DNA of 64,000 nt from Escherichia phage 235Ecol030PP: sequence record PP355091.1; one strand, 5' to 3'. Below, one piece after another: positions 20,517 to 30,799 of this stretch (position 1 is its first letter; each line of letters begins with the position of its first letter). The notes beneath the pieces were generated by a model. The model did no database searches, was not told where the DNA came from, and saw only the letters and a program-made list of their open reading frames with translations. The position numbers were made by a program, and so were the translations under genes.

Positions 20517-21976
20517 AGACCAGTTACCTCATGAAAATCACCAAATACATCTTCGAATGTATTAGCTTTAGTTTTATCTTCGCGTAAACGAATCGCAATC
20601 GGAAGAAATAATTTAACGTAATCAGTGCGGCCATCAGATTTTAACCAACCGTTGCATTCGCACTCTAGAATTTTTCCAATATAATAATTTTGGTTTTCCA
20701 TAATGCGAGTACGGTCAAGTTCATGCGATTTTACACCGGCTTTATCTTTTAAGCCTGAACCAGCATTTACCTTAATTTTTCCACACTCTGACTCAAGAAT
20801 AAATCCACCTGCTTTAGTAGGGTCTTTACGGTGAGGATAAATTCCTACAATTTTTAAATCAACATCAATTACTTCTTTAAATTTATAGAGATTTTTTGAA
20901 CGAGCATTTTCCCATAATCCATCGATATTTTTGAGAATAATACCTTCAAGACCTTGGTCAATATACTTTTTATAAATTACCTTAGCTTCATCTAGGTTAT
21001 TTACTACCTGGTTTTCAATTAAAATTACTTTATCATAGCCTGATGTCATTTGTTCTAGTTTAGAAAAACGTACATCATACTTTAAACGAAATGCAGGAAG
21101 ACCATATATTTCTACTAATGGAACATAATCCCAGACCTGAAACTTCATGCATTGTGCTTCTTTTTCAGAAATGGTTCCCTTTAAAGATTTATTAGCGATT
21201 CCATTAGAAGTAGTACGTGATTCAGCTACTTCGGCGAATTCTTTGGCTTTACTAATTTCAGGATAAGCATCAAAAAGAAAATCTAGGCCTTCTGGCTCCT
21301 TTTTAACTTGCTCATGGTATACCAATTCGCCATCAATTAACACGCCTTCTGGATGAATCTGGCGGGCTTCAGTGGTCATTTTGATTAATTCTTCCTTAAG
21401 AAGATCTAATCCTAGATATTCATTACCGGCTCGTGATAAAAGACGAACATCATCTAATTCATCACCTCTGACTTCGGCAAAGCACCGAGCCCCATCAGCT
21501 TTTAACTGAGCAAAGGCTGGAAATTTGATATTCTTATTAATGCCTTTTTCATCATAAGAACTTGCAAGCATTTGAGGTTGTTCAGGAATTAAACCTGGCC
21601 AAACTTTGTTTGCAATAGATACTGAAGCACCACATTCAAGGTCTCGCATCATCACTCGACGCAAAACTTCAACATCATCTTTTTTACCGTCAGTAATATA
21701 TCCAGTTAATTCCTCAATTGCCACATTTCCAGTCAATTTCCGAGTAGCTAATGTGAATTCAATGAAGTCAAGCATATCGGTAAGAGTCAACATTCCAAAA
21801 CTCTGGGTAGCAATACCAGGTTTAGGCCATTTCTTGATATAATACTGCAACCCACGAGAATAAGTCAGACGATATACTCGTTTAAGCAATTCATTATCTT
21901 TATTCTTTTCAAGAATTGCTTGCTTCTGCTTAGTTGAACCAATAGATGCTATTTCGTTCAGAATTTTAAGAATCAT
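20513..21976 (-). CDS. 30: ATP-dependent DNA ligase gp30
   Basis: 487 aa equals T4 DNA ligase; adenylation motif KADGAR. Confidence 0.92.
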   Translation of the reverse strand: MILKILNEIASIGSTKQKQAILEKNKDNELLKRVYRLTYSRGLQYYIKKWPKPGIATQSFGMLTLTDMLDFIEFTLATRKLTGNVAIEELTGYITDGKKDDVEVLRRVMMRDLECGASVSIANKVWPGLIPEQPQMLASSYDEKGINKNIKFPAFAQLKADGARCFAEVRGDELDDVRLLSRAGNEYLGLDLLKEELIKMTTEARQIHPEGVLIDGELVYHEQVKKEPEGLDFLFDAYPEISKAKEFAEVAESRTTSNGIANKSLKGTISEKEAQCMKFQVWDYVPLVEIYGLPAFRLKYDVRFSKLEQMTSGYDKVILIENQVVNNLDEAKVIYKKYIDQGLEGIILKNIDGLWENARSKNLYKFKEVIDVDLKIVGIYPHRKDPTKAGGFILESECGKIKVNAGSGLKDKAGVKSHELDRTRIMENQNYYIGKILECECNGWLKSDGRTDYVKLFLPIAIRLREDKTKANTFEDVFGDFHEVTGL

Positions 21977-22242
21977 TATTCATCCTTCAGAGTTTGGTTT
22001 ACAGCTCTATTATAAATCAATTCATCATTAAGCTCAGTCAAAGACTTATGATATGTGGTTCTAACTTTATTTCCTTGCATCCAGTGCTTGATATAAATGA
22101 AACCTTGCTCTACGCATTTTTTAAAAATTCGTTCGTCTTTTTGAGATCGGAATTCTGGATTGCATCTAAAAAATTGATTTACGTGACCGTAATCACGTGT
22201 AGTATTACCTTCATTTTCATAAATAGTGTGAACAACAAACAT
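21976..22242 (-). CDS. Hypothetical protein (position of T4 30.1)
   Basis: 88 aa. Confidence 0.5.
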   Translation of the reverse strand: MFVVHTIYENEGNTTRDYGHVNQFFRCNPEFRSQKDERIFKKCVEQGFIYIKHWMQGNKVRTTYHKSLTELNDELIYNRAVNQTLKDE

Positions 22243-23081
22243 TAGAATGCTCCTTGGAAAATATTATCACCACAAGTAGGTCTATTATACAAATACTCTA
22301 TACCGCCGGGTTTAATATAGTTCCATGTCTGAAACGGATGTGTCTGATATGGATGATATAGATGATTATAAGGATTAAATCCAGGAGTTCTCCAGGTAGT
22401 GTTCCAAGGAAAAGAATCGTTTTTAATCATCTTTTCAATTACATCTTTTATAGCTTTTTCACTATCAAAACTTTCTTTATTTTCCTTTGGTGAAAAAAGC
22501 TTATTCTCTACATCGTTCCATGTATAAACTCGCTGAGCAGTTTTTGGAATACTGTCACGTTCCCCTCGAGCCATCCAATAAACAGGAACACTTAATATTT
22601 CACTCGCGTGATCGCAGTGGTGAGCGAGATCGTCAATATAACAAATTACGTTATATTTCTCTTTTGCCTTTTTGAACAACTCTTCTTTTGAAGAATCATG
22701 ACCACACATCAGTACTTCTGAGAAGGCACCAGGAAAAAGAGCATTCAAATTAAATTGACGATTCAGCAGAGCGTCAATAGAATCACCCAATGCTGTAACA
22801 GCTACAAAATTATAATCTTCTTTTAATTTGTTAATTACACACAGGGCATCTTTATATGGCGACAAGTAACGAATAAAATCTGAACGATTGTATTTTTCAA
22901 TTAACTTGACGCCAAGTTCTTCATCACAATTAAAAAGTTTACCAGGAGAAATAAATTTTTCATCTTGGATCATTTTTAAAATATGTTCCAACGGAAGATT
23001 ATATTTCTGAGCAAAATAAGGAAGGCCTGATTGCCAGCTTAAACATACTCCATCAATATCAGTTAAAATAGTAGGCTTCAT
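22242..23081 (-). CDS. HAD-like phosphatase/nucleotidase candidate (position of T4 30.2)
   Basis: 279 aa; N-terminal DIDGV motif typical of HAD motif I. Confidence 0.5.
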   Translation of the reverse strand: MKPTILTDIDGVCLSWQSGLPYFAQKYNLPLEHILKMIQDEKFISPGKLFNCDEELGVKLIEKYNRSDFIRYLSPYKDALCVINKLKEDYNFVAVTALGDSIDALLNRQFNLNALFPGAFSEVLMCGHDSSKEELFKKAKEKYNVICYIDDLAHHCDHASEILSVPVYWMARGERDSIPKTAQRVYTWNDVENKLFSPKENKESFDSEKAIKDVIEKMIKNDSFPWNTTWRTPGFNPYNHLYHPYQTHPFQTWNYIKPGGIEYLYNRPTCGDNIFQGAF

Positions 23082-23542
23082 AGAGAGTCTCTTAATAGGT
23101 TTAACACATCAATAAATTCAGCTTCGGTTAGTATTGTATCATCTTTTGTTAGACCACTAGCCATGCTGTGCTTCAAAACTTTTCCTTTCGAGGCTTGTAA
23201 TGCATCACGAAAGCCCTTGTTTTGGATCGCTGCTTCAAAATATGCATTTGTGTATAATTCTTTCCACGCCGGGGAGTATCTTGAAAACGGAACTCCAAGC
23301 CAGAAGAGGGTCCCACGGTCCTGAGCTCTAGCATAAGACCTTCCAGCTTGTTGGGCGGCAAGCCCGGATAACCCAAATATACGACGTTGTTGTTCAACAT
23401 TTTTCACCTTGCACCCTTGGAGGAATCCTTCAAGACCTCCAAATTGAATACCATCCATAACGAAAGGCCATTGGGCGAAATTACTTAATGCACATGATGG
23501 CCACCTAAAATTGCTTCTAATCTCTAACTCAGACATTTTCAA
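23078..23542 (-). CDS. NADAR/YbiA-like domain protein (position of T4 30.3)
   Basis: 154 aa; LSNFAQWPFVMDGIQFGGLEGFLQGCK resembles the YbiA motif FSNFAAWP...DG...SEHYFQAQK. Confidence 0.5.
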   Translation of the reverse strand: MKMSELEIRSNFRWPSCALSNFAQWPFVMDGIQFGGLEGFLQGCKVKNVEQQRRIFGLSGLAAQQAGRSYARAQDRGTLFWLGVPFSRYSPAWKELYTNAYFEAAIQNKGFRDALQASKGKVLKHSMASGLTKDDTILTEAEFIDVLNLLRDSL

Positions 23543-23735
23543 TGCTTATAATTTCAACATCAGCCCAATGACCATAGCAAGGAAGACAAAATTCAACTGG
23601 CCAGTTAGGGTCCTTTTCTAATATAATAGACTCAACTCGTGGTTCTTCATGTTCATCAGTATATGGATTTTTATCTGTTACTTTATATGTGACCTTAATG
23701 TACTGAATTCCAAAAATCTTATTAATTATATTCAT
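23529..23735 (-). CDS. Hypothetical protein
   Basis: 68 aa ORF. Confidence 0.4.
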   Translation of the reverse strand: MNIINKIFGIQYIKVTYKVTDKNPYTDEHEEPRVESIILEKDPNWPVEFCLPCYGHWADVEIISIENV

Positions 23736-23929
23736 ACTAATTCCTTTAATCCGTAAATAGGAGATAATTCATCACCCATACGAAGGTCTTCATTTCCATC
23801 TACCCAGGAAACAATATAAGCCTCTTTTATTTGAATACCACTCCATTTAAATGGAGGTAGAACCTTAGAAATTAATCCAGGTATACCAACTCCCTTTAAT
23901 TCAACAGTTTGACCTAAAAAGAATTTCAT
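23732..23929 (-). CDS. Hypothetical protein
   Basis: 65 aa ORF. Confidence 0.4.
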   Translation of the reverse strand: MKFFLGQTVELKGVGIPGLISKVLPPFKWSGIQIKEAYIVSWVDGNEDLRMGDELSPIYGLKELV

Positions 23930-24216
23930 TAGAACCTCATCTGAAAACCGTGCGATTTAACATTACCGCCATTAATATCAGAACTATTAATTTCACGTGC
24001 AATTGAAGGGTCAATGTCAATTTCACGATTGAGTTTAGTGATAGCTAAAGTATCGCGCCCATTTACAGTACGAAACTCTAAAGGACAAACCACATCAACG
24101 TAGTTTTTAATCGATTCGCTAGTAGGTTGCAAATGTGCAGGAAGGTCTTTAGGTGCCTTTGAGAAAACAACTTCACAGAAATTTTTGCGGGTATCAAAAT
24201 AAGTAGTCATAAACAT
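23929..24216 (-). CDS. Hypothetical protein
   Basis: 95 aa ORF. Confidence 0.45.
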   Translation of the reverse strand: MFMTTYFDTRKNFCEVVFSKAPKDLPAHLQPTSESIKNYVDVVCPLEFRTVNGRDTLAITKLNREIDIDPSIAREINSSDINGGNVKSHGFQMRF

Positions 24217-24233
24217 AATATTTTCCTCAATAG

Positions 24234-24248
24234 GGGGCCGAAGCCCCT
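24234..24248 (-). other. Intercistronic UUCG stem-loop (no U-run; likely RNA stability or processing element)
   Basis: - strand gaggggc-ttcg-gccccc between two ORFs. Confidence 0.4.
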
Positions 24249-24257
24249 CATTTTATT

Positions 24258-24635
24258 TTAAATATCAAATTCGTTAAGAACTACATCAAAGATTGCTTCA
24301 AGATGCTCAGGTTTAGCTCTGTTACTCAGAATATGACGAATCCAAGTTTTAACCAAAAGCTTGCGATTAACGCCATTCCAGCAAGGATGAGTCCCTAAAT
24401 CGCGTTGACGAAAATCATCATCCAGAGCGATTTTGAAGTTTGAACCTTCCATTGTGATTGAAACCGTGATTCCATTTTCAAATCGCATATAAACGTAATT
24501 AGGAGTCATATACTGCTCAATTTCGCATACTGATCCATTTTGATGTTTCCAAAGGCAAATAGTATCAATAGAACCTGCAATACCATTAGAAACATATTTA
24601 CGTTCAAAGTTGATGTAGTTCATTTTATTCTCCAA
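24258..24635 (-). CDS. Hypothetical protein
   Basis: 125 aa; GGAG Shine-Dalgarno and early promoter upstream. Confidence 0.5.
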   Translation of the reverse strand: MENKMNYINFERKYVSNGIAGSIDTICLWKHQNGSVCEIEQYMTPNYVYMRFENGITVSITMEGSNFKIALDDDFRQRDLGTHPCWNGVNRKLLVKTWIRHILSNRAKPEHLEAIFDVVLNEFDI

Positions 24636-24659
24636 GATGTTTAATTGCGGTACAGGTAT

Positions 24660-24688
24660 ATAATATCATATCCTGTACCAAAGTAAAC
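24660..24688 (-). promoter_or_regulatory. Early promoter candidate
   Basis: - strand TTTACT, spacer, TATTAT; upstream TTGCATAAA. Confidence 0.4.
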
Positions 24689-24692
24689 TATT

Positions 24693-25061
24693 TTATGCAA
24701 CTTTAATCCAATTATCTAAATTTAATTCACCTTTGGCTTTCATTTTTTCAATCAAGAGGTCAGCGGTAATACGACCATTTTGATACCACGTAACATCTTC
24801 AGAGTAACCAGTTTCTTTATCTTCATAAGTCTCGCAGCGAATTTTACCAAGAATCAAAGTTTTTAATTCGTATGTATCTCCAGTAAAAAAGTTAGTTAAC
24901 ATTATTTTCCAAGAGAAATCATCAGAAGGACCTTCAGGAGTCATACAATCTACGAATTCAAATTGTTCTTTGTATAAGTGCCACTGAAGTTCTTTAGTTT
25001 CGATAGCTTTATAGCCGTCGTGATCTTTACCTTTGATGTATGAGTTAAGATTGATTTTCAT
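24693..25061 (-). CDS. Hypothetical protein
   Basis: 122 aa. Confidence 0.5.
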   Translation of the reverse strand: MKINLNSYIKGKDHDGYKAIETKELQWHLYKEQFEFVDCMTPEGPSDDFSWKIMLTNFFTGDTYELKTLILGKIRCETYEDKETGYSEDVTWYQNGRITADLLIEKMKAKGELNLDNWIKVA

Positions 25062-25088
25062 TTTATTCTCCTTTGTTTGTGTAAGATA

Positions 25089-25118
25089 ATACTATCACAA
25101 AGGAACCATACTGTAAAC
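25089..25118 (-). promoter_or_regulatory. Early promoter candidate
   Basis: - strand GTTTACA, 17 nt, TAGTAT; upstream TTGCATAAA. Confidence 0.45.
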
Positions 25119-25139
25119 AACTTTATGCAATCTTTGGAA

Positions 25140-25166
25140 AATAAAAAAGGACTCCCGAAGGAGTCC
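25140..25166 (-). terminator. Intrinsic terminator (UUCG hairpin plus U-run)
   Basis: - strand ggactcc-ttcg-ggagtcc then ttttttat. Confidence 0.65.
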
Positions 25167-25171
25167 TTAAC

Positions 25172-25348
25172 TTATGCTTTCTGCTTACCAAAACGAGAAG
25201 CATCATCTCGAAGAACCGCACGTGCTCGGCGCATGATCTTCTCAACAGTTTGATTGATACGAGAGTTCGACCCACGCTTGTAGCCAGCGCGTTTAGAATC
25301 ACCAACTTTCTTTTCAACTGCTTTCTTTGCTTTAGCTTGTTTTGCCAT
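25172..25348 (-). CDS. Small highly basic protein (position of T4 30.9)
   Basis: 58 aa from ATG 25348 (MAKQAKAKKAVEKK...); ORF-track start lies further upstream. Confidence 0.45.
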   Translation of the reverse strand: MAKQAKAKKAVEKKVGDSKRAGYKRGSNSRINQTVEKIMRRARAVLRDDASRFGKQKA

Positions 25349-25635
25349 TATAAATTCTCTTTTAAATGAAAATGCAGGACTTATTGGCATTGCCTGCGCA
25401 AGCCCTCAAGGGGAACATAGGTTTTGAATATTTACCGACAGGATAACCATAAACCTCGTCATCATACCACCAAGACTTACACAGATAACACTTTTCTGAC
25501 GCATGATAGTAACATTCAAGAGGTACACCGTAAAACTGCCGGGGTCTTAAAACTATAATGATTCGCAAATCATTAATCAGACAGTTCGACGGCTCCTCGA
25601 TTTAGCTCACACTAAGGCAGTGAATCTCCAATAAA

Positions 25636-25884
25636 TTACTTCAGTGTTACCACAAAGTGACGAACTGCTTTTCGTGCAGCAGAAGCCAAAGGCTTAGCAT
25701 ATTTAAGTTCATCTTTTTCCTGAAGCTCAGCAGCTAATGCAGTTTGAGCAGGATTCAGATGTTTGAAATAACGCAGGATTTCAAGAGCTTCGGCTTCAAC
25801 ATCAATAGATGCGCCATAGTTTTCGTGACCATTATTCCATGCGTTTCGTTGCAGTTCAAGAGCGTGTTGTAATTGTTTAATCAT
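25636..25884 (-). CDS. rIII: RIII lysis inhibition accessory protein (antiholin co-factor)
   Basis: 82 aa, MIKQLQHALELQRNAWNN...; T4 length and position. Confidence 0.8.
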   Translation of the reverse strand: MIKQLQHALELQRNAWNNGHENYGASIDVEAEALEILRYFKHLNPAQTALAAELQEKDELKYAKPLASAARKAVRHFVVTLK

Positions 25885-26023
25885 TTAAAAATTCTCGTTA
25901 GAGATTAAAACTCGGTAGTCACGTTCTTCTGAATTTCATCTTCTTTCGACAGATCTCTCAGTTGTAGACTACCACATAGAATTGTTCGGTTAACTTATTA
26001 TTCCGACACCCAATTCATATTAT

Positions 26024-26031
26024 TATTTATA
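26024..26031 (-). promoter_or_regulatory. Late promoter TATAAATA (- strand) upstream of rIII
   Basis: + strand tatttata at the gene 31 stop. Confidence 0.35.
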
Positions 26032-26367
26032 TCACTTATAAAGACACGGAATAGCTTTATAGTGACAAGTAACGAATTTTTGTTTAATTTCTTTTGGCTG
26101 CTTAAGACCCAGAGCTACAAAAGGATGCGGAACGTTTCGAATTTGACCAACTGGAAGAGAAGTCAAATCACCAACTTCACAAAAACCTTCAGGAACATCA
26201 GGACCGACAGAGTGAATTACACACAGTTCAGGAACTTCACCTTGAACACGTTTACCGATAATAAGTCCTGATTCTGTAACTTCTTCATCACCGGCTTGTG
26301 CAGGTTCAGAAACTAAAATAACATATTCACCGACAGCACGAATTGGTAGCTGTTGTACTTCAGACAT
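26032..26367 (-). CDS. 31: Co-chaperonin gp31 (GroES analogue needed for gp23 folding)
   Basis: 111 aa, [19 protein letters not shown]...; T4 length. Confidence 0.88.
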   Translation of the reverse strand: MSEVQQLPIRAVGEYVILVSEPAQAGDEEVTESGLIIGKRVQGEVPELCVIHSVGPDVPEGFCEVGDLTSLPVGQIRNVPHPFVALGLKQPKEIKQKFVTCHYKAIPCLYK

Positions 26368-26423
26368 CGTTTTTCCTTTTTGTTAACAGATGAATTAATA
26401 ATAACAAATAATTCTTAAAGCAT

Positions 26424-26732
26424 TTATTTACCAATAAATTGGAGCAAATGCTCAACTTTCATACCATTAACGGAAATCAATTTGTCAATAGAAAAACCTC
26501 GCCACGCACCAAGTTCAACATCAAATACTGGAACCATATCAGTAGATTCTTTCCTAGTAGATTCCGTCAATTTACCAGTTTGCATGGTTGGCATAAAGTC
26601 TGCATCACGAGTACCTTTCATAACACGAATAGTACCATCAGACTTTTCAAAAACTACGCTTGAAACACCCATGGACAATTTAGTTTTCAAAATTTCACGA
26701 ATTGCTACTTTTTGTTCAGTCGTCAGTTTCAT
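26424..26732 (-). CDS. Hypothetical protein (position of T4 31.1)
   Basis: 102 aa. Confidence 0.5.
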   Translation of the reverse strand: MKLTTEQKVAIREILKTKLSMGVSSVVFEKSDGTIRVMKGTRDADFMPTMQTGKLTESTRKESTDMVPVFDVELGAWRGFSIDKLISVNGMKVEHLLQFIGK

Positions 26733-26969
26733 TTATTTACCTATTACAGTTTTAATATGAGTTGTTCCACGTTCTTTAAGAGTGGAAAGTAATTTTTGGC
26801 ATTTTTCTAAATCAGATTTCCAACTATATGGTCTATCAATACTAGTCCAATCAGTTTTATAATACTGTTTCCATTTAGAGAAAAAATATTTCTTATACTC
26901 TACAGCAAACGAGATGTTCTCATTAGAATAAGAACTAATTGCTGTGAGCTTTACCAAACGAAATTTCAT
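26733..26969 (-). CDS. Hypothetical protein (position of T4 31.2)
   Basis: 78 aa. Confidence 0.45.
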   Translation of the reverse strand: MKFRLVKLTAISSYSNENISFAVEYKKYFFSKWKQYYKTDWTSIDRPYSWKSDLEKCQKLLSTLKERGTTHIKTVIGK

Positions 26970-27550
26970 TATTCACCACAGAATTCGTTGATATTTTCCC
27001 AGTTTAACTTATTCAAGTTTTTCTTAGGAACATTAAACACTTCAATACCTGCATTTCGCAGAATATCATCCCAGCCAGGTTTATTTTTATCGTATGTTTC
27101 GCAATAAACCAGTTTTTTAATTCCAGACTGAGCTATCGCTTTTGCGCAATCCGGACAAGGAGAAAGTGTTACATACATAGTAGCACCTTCAATAGAAGAA
27201 CCATTTCGTGCAGCAAACAAAATTGCATTTAGTTCAGCATGAATTTCATTTTTAGATGACCATTCCGAGTGAGCACTACGGTGTTCTTTCGCCAAGACAA
27301 AACGATCAGTTGAACCAAATGATACGCATTCAGGCTTATGACCTTGAATGATAGTATGTTTAGGCTTATTCAACAACCAACCTTGCTCAGCAGCATAATC
27401 ACAACAGTTCACACCCCCTGCGGGTGAACCATTATACCCAGTAGAAATAATACGTCCATTCTTTTCAATTACTGCTCCTACCTTCCAGGAGCAACATTTT
27501 GATTCCTGCGATACTAAATATGCAATTTGAAGTACTGTACTCGCTTTCAT
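26969..27550 (-). CDS. cd: dCMP deaminase
   Basis: 193 aa; zinc motifs HAELNA and PCPDCA. Confidence 0.9.
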   Translation of the reverse strand: MKASTVLQIAYLVSQESKCCSWKVGAVIEKNGRIISTGYNGSPAGGVNCCDYAAEQGWLLNKPKHTIIQGHKPECVSFGSTDRFVLAKEHRSAHSEWSSKNEIHAELNAILFAARNGSSIEGATMYVTLSPCPDCAKAIAQSGIKKLVYCETYDKNKPGWDDILRNAGIEVFNVPKKNLNKLNWENINEFCGE

Positions 27551-27885
27551 TTCATAATCACCAGATAAGCAGATTTAGCAGTTTCAACACGATAAATTTC
27601 GTGACGAAGTTTAGTTATACTTTTAATAACAGAACTAATTATATTCTGCCCATCTTTAAAGCGGTTTTTCTTATCAATAAAAACTGCGCCAGTCATCTTT
27701 TTGTGAAGCTCAACTGGATACTTCGTCACAATAATAGCATCATACGCAGAAGGATGAATACTATTCACTAGAGTATCATTCATTAAAGTTATTCTAATGA
27801 ACTTTGCTGTTTCAGAGTCAAGCGCTCTATGATCACCAGTATCGTTTTCAAGACAATTATCAATTATATCAGTTAAATTCATCAT
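27547..27885 (-). CDS. Hypothetical protein
   Basis: 112 aa. Confidence 0.5.
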   Translation of the reverse strand: MMNLTDIIDNCLENDTGDHRALDSETAKFIRITLMNDTLVNSIHPSAYDAIIVTKYPVELHKKMTGAVFIDKKNRFKDGQNIISSVIKSITKLRHEIYRVETAKSAYLVIMK

Positions 27886-28118
27886 AGTACGCCATACACC
27901 CTTTGTGCTTCAACTAATCCATCAAAATCCAATTTGAGATGTGTTATTTGATCGCCATCGCCTGGATTCACAATTACTAATACTGAGCGAGGAGTTTCGG
28001 TAATAACACGAACCGATGTTTCAGGAAATCGTTCAGAAACCTTATTTACTAATTCCTGTGCAAATAGTTTAACTTTTTCTTGGAATTCTTTAACAGTAAT
28101 TGGTTTTTCGCTTAGCAT
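27882..28118 (-). CDS. Hypothetical protein
   Basis: 78 aa. Confidence 0.45.
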   Translation of the reverse strand: MLSEKPITVKEFQEKVKLFAQELVNKVSERFPETSVRVITETPRSVLVIVNPGDGDQITHLKLDFDGLVEAQRVYGVL

Positions 28119-28639
28119 GTTGATCCTAGCTCCTTACTTTCAACATTTTTAACTAATTTGACAGAAACTAATTCAGCATCTTGAGTAATCATTACCGGAC
28201 CTTCTTCATACTCTTCAAGATATTCTAGAGCTTTCTTTTTAGCTTCTTCCTTCGTATCAGTTTGAGCATAGATATAAAACATACAACCAGTAATACCTAC
28301 TACTTTCCACTTAATTTCTTTATCAGCTTTAATTTCAAATTTACTGACAGAATCATCTTTTTGAACTTCTTCGAAAAAAGAATATTCTAACATATAAGCA
28401 ATTGAAAATAACGGGCTATCTTTATAGGATTCGCCCATTACATCAATAGCTTTATACCAGCAGTCATCAATTTCGCGTTTAATGCTAATAACATTTTTCG
28501 CAGGATCTATTTTTACTTTAAATGAATTTTCCCCAATAAACTGGGCAATTCGTTTATTAGCCCCGCAAGTTTCATTAAAAATATCTTTATACCCAGTTTT
28601 AAAGCGATAAACCTTATCTTCTTCAAACCATTCGCTCAT
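28112..28639 (-). CDS. Hypothetical protein
   Basis: 175 aa. Confidence 0.5.
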   Translation of the reverse strand: MSEWFEEDKVYRFKTGYKDIFNETCGANKRIAQFIGENSFKVKIDPAKNVISIKREIDDCWYKAIDVMGESYKDSPLFSIAYMLEYSFFEEVQKDDSVSKFEIKADKEIKWKVVGITGCMFYIYAQTDTKEEAKKKALEYLEEYEEGPVMITQDAELVSVKLVKNVESKELGSTC

Positions 28640-28701
28640 TTCAATTTCCTCATTTGTTTTGGTAGAGCCATAATATCACAACTCTACCGTAAAGTAAACC
28701 A

Positions 28702-28977
28702 TTAAATCGCTTTAAATTCTGCAGTTTGAGATTCAAAACGAATGTCGCCTTTGATAACTAGCTCAGCATCAAGACCGAATACGACAATGATATGCGCTGA
28801 CCCAGGATACAGTTGAATAACAACAGAATCCACCTGGTCTGGAAGCAAAGTATTCAATACATGAGTCACTTGAGCGTGGATTCGAAGCTCAGCTGCGTTA
28901 TCAAGTTTTTCAAACATATTATTAGCGATAATTTGGCTAAACACTACTTCTACGATTTTAGAGTAAGTCGGAAACAT
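28702..28977 (-). CDS. Hypothetical protein
   Basis: 91 aa. Confidence 0.45.
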   Translation of the reverse strand: MFPTYSKIVEVVFSQIIANNMFEKLDNAAELRIHAQVTHVLNTLLPDQVDSVVIQLYPGSAHIIVVFGLDAELVIKGDIRFESQTAEFKAI

Positions 28978-28979
28978 AT

Positions 28980-29180
28980 TTACCTCACATAATTTTCTTC
29001 AAGCCAATTAATAACATCCAACGCATTATCAAAAGTTGAACCATCTACTTTATCTTCTGTTTCATAATCAAGAACATCTAAGCCTACTCTTCCATCAACA
29101 ATAGGCCATAAACAAAATAGATATTTCTTTTCTTTTTCAATTTTATCACAAAGACGATAAATCTTTTCTATATTATTCAT
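28980..29180 (-). CDS. Hypothetical protein
   Basis: 66 aa. Confidence 0.45.
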   Translation of the reverse strand: MNNIEKIYRLCDKIEKEKKYLFCLWPIVDGRVGLDVLDYETEDKVDGSTFDNALDVINWLEENYVR

Positions 29181-29369
29181 AAGTTTTCCATGGTAAAGGC
29201 AGTTTAGTTTTCTTTACTGTTAGTTCAATATCAGGATTCTTTTCTCTTAATTTAAGACATTCCTCCCAAGCTCTGATTTCACTAGTGAATACACAAAATT
29301 GCCCATTACTAGTACCAACTAAACCACTATTTACAATAATAATAGCCCAAGTTTCATGGTGCCAAGCCA

Positions 29370-29370
<1 letters not shown>
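29173..29370 (-). CDS. Hypothetical protein, translationally coupled to pseT
   Basis: 65 aa from ATG 29370, which overlaps the pseT stop as TAATG. Confidence 0.4.
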
Positions 29371-30275
<905 letters not shown>

Positions 30276-30503
30276 CTATTTTTTCTCAACCAGTGATTGA
30301 ATATAATTATGCAAGTCTTTAGATGCTTTACCCCACTTATTTTGGTATTCATTTTTAAGATTAGCACGTGATTGAGCTAATAAAACATCATTAGTTGGAG
30401 GTAAAGATTCTAACCGCTGAATCTGGCGTCCATAAATCATTGCAGCCATCTCGGATTCATAAATCAATCCTTTGAGATGTTCAAATTGATGCCATGAAAT
30501 CAT
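30276..30503 (-). CDS. Hypothetical protein (position of T4 pseT.1)
   Basis: 75 aa. Confidence 0.45.
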   Translation of the reverse strand: MISWHQFEHLKGLIYESEMAAMIYGRQIQRLESLPPTNDVLLAQSRANLKNEYQNKWGKASKDLHNYIQSLVEKK

Positions 30504-30799
30504 TTACATTTATCCTCTTTTAACTCTTGACGATAATAACATATCATAGTTTTCTGGTCATGTACATATCGTTTTACATCATTAAGCCAAATACGAAATT
30601 CCTGGGAATCTTCAAATGGCATACCGACCCAAGCTTTACCATCGATAACTTTAACTTGCCAAGATAGTTTAGCTTCATCATATGACTTTATTTGCACAGG
30701 CCAATTAGGATGAACTGTTTCTTTCTTTACTTCTAGAGGCTTTGTCGAACAACCAACTAGAAGACCAATAGATAATATTACTGCTGATAGTTTAATCAT
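30500..30799 (-). CDS. Outer-membrane spanin candidate (lipoprotein)
   Basis: 99 aa; lipobox LLVGC after signal peptide; adjacent to membrane-anchored partner. Confidence 0.6.
   Translation of the reverse strand: MIKLSAVILSIGLLVGCSTKPLEVKKETVHPNWPVQIKSYDEAKLSWQVKVIDGKAWVGMPFEDSQEFRIWLNDVKRYVHDQKTMICYYRQELKEDKCK

Noticed and set aside
25123-25317. 64 aa ORF overlapping the basic 30.9-like gene in another frame
   Set aside because: Overlaps the better-supported basic-protein frame and the terminator hairpin.
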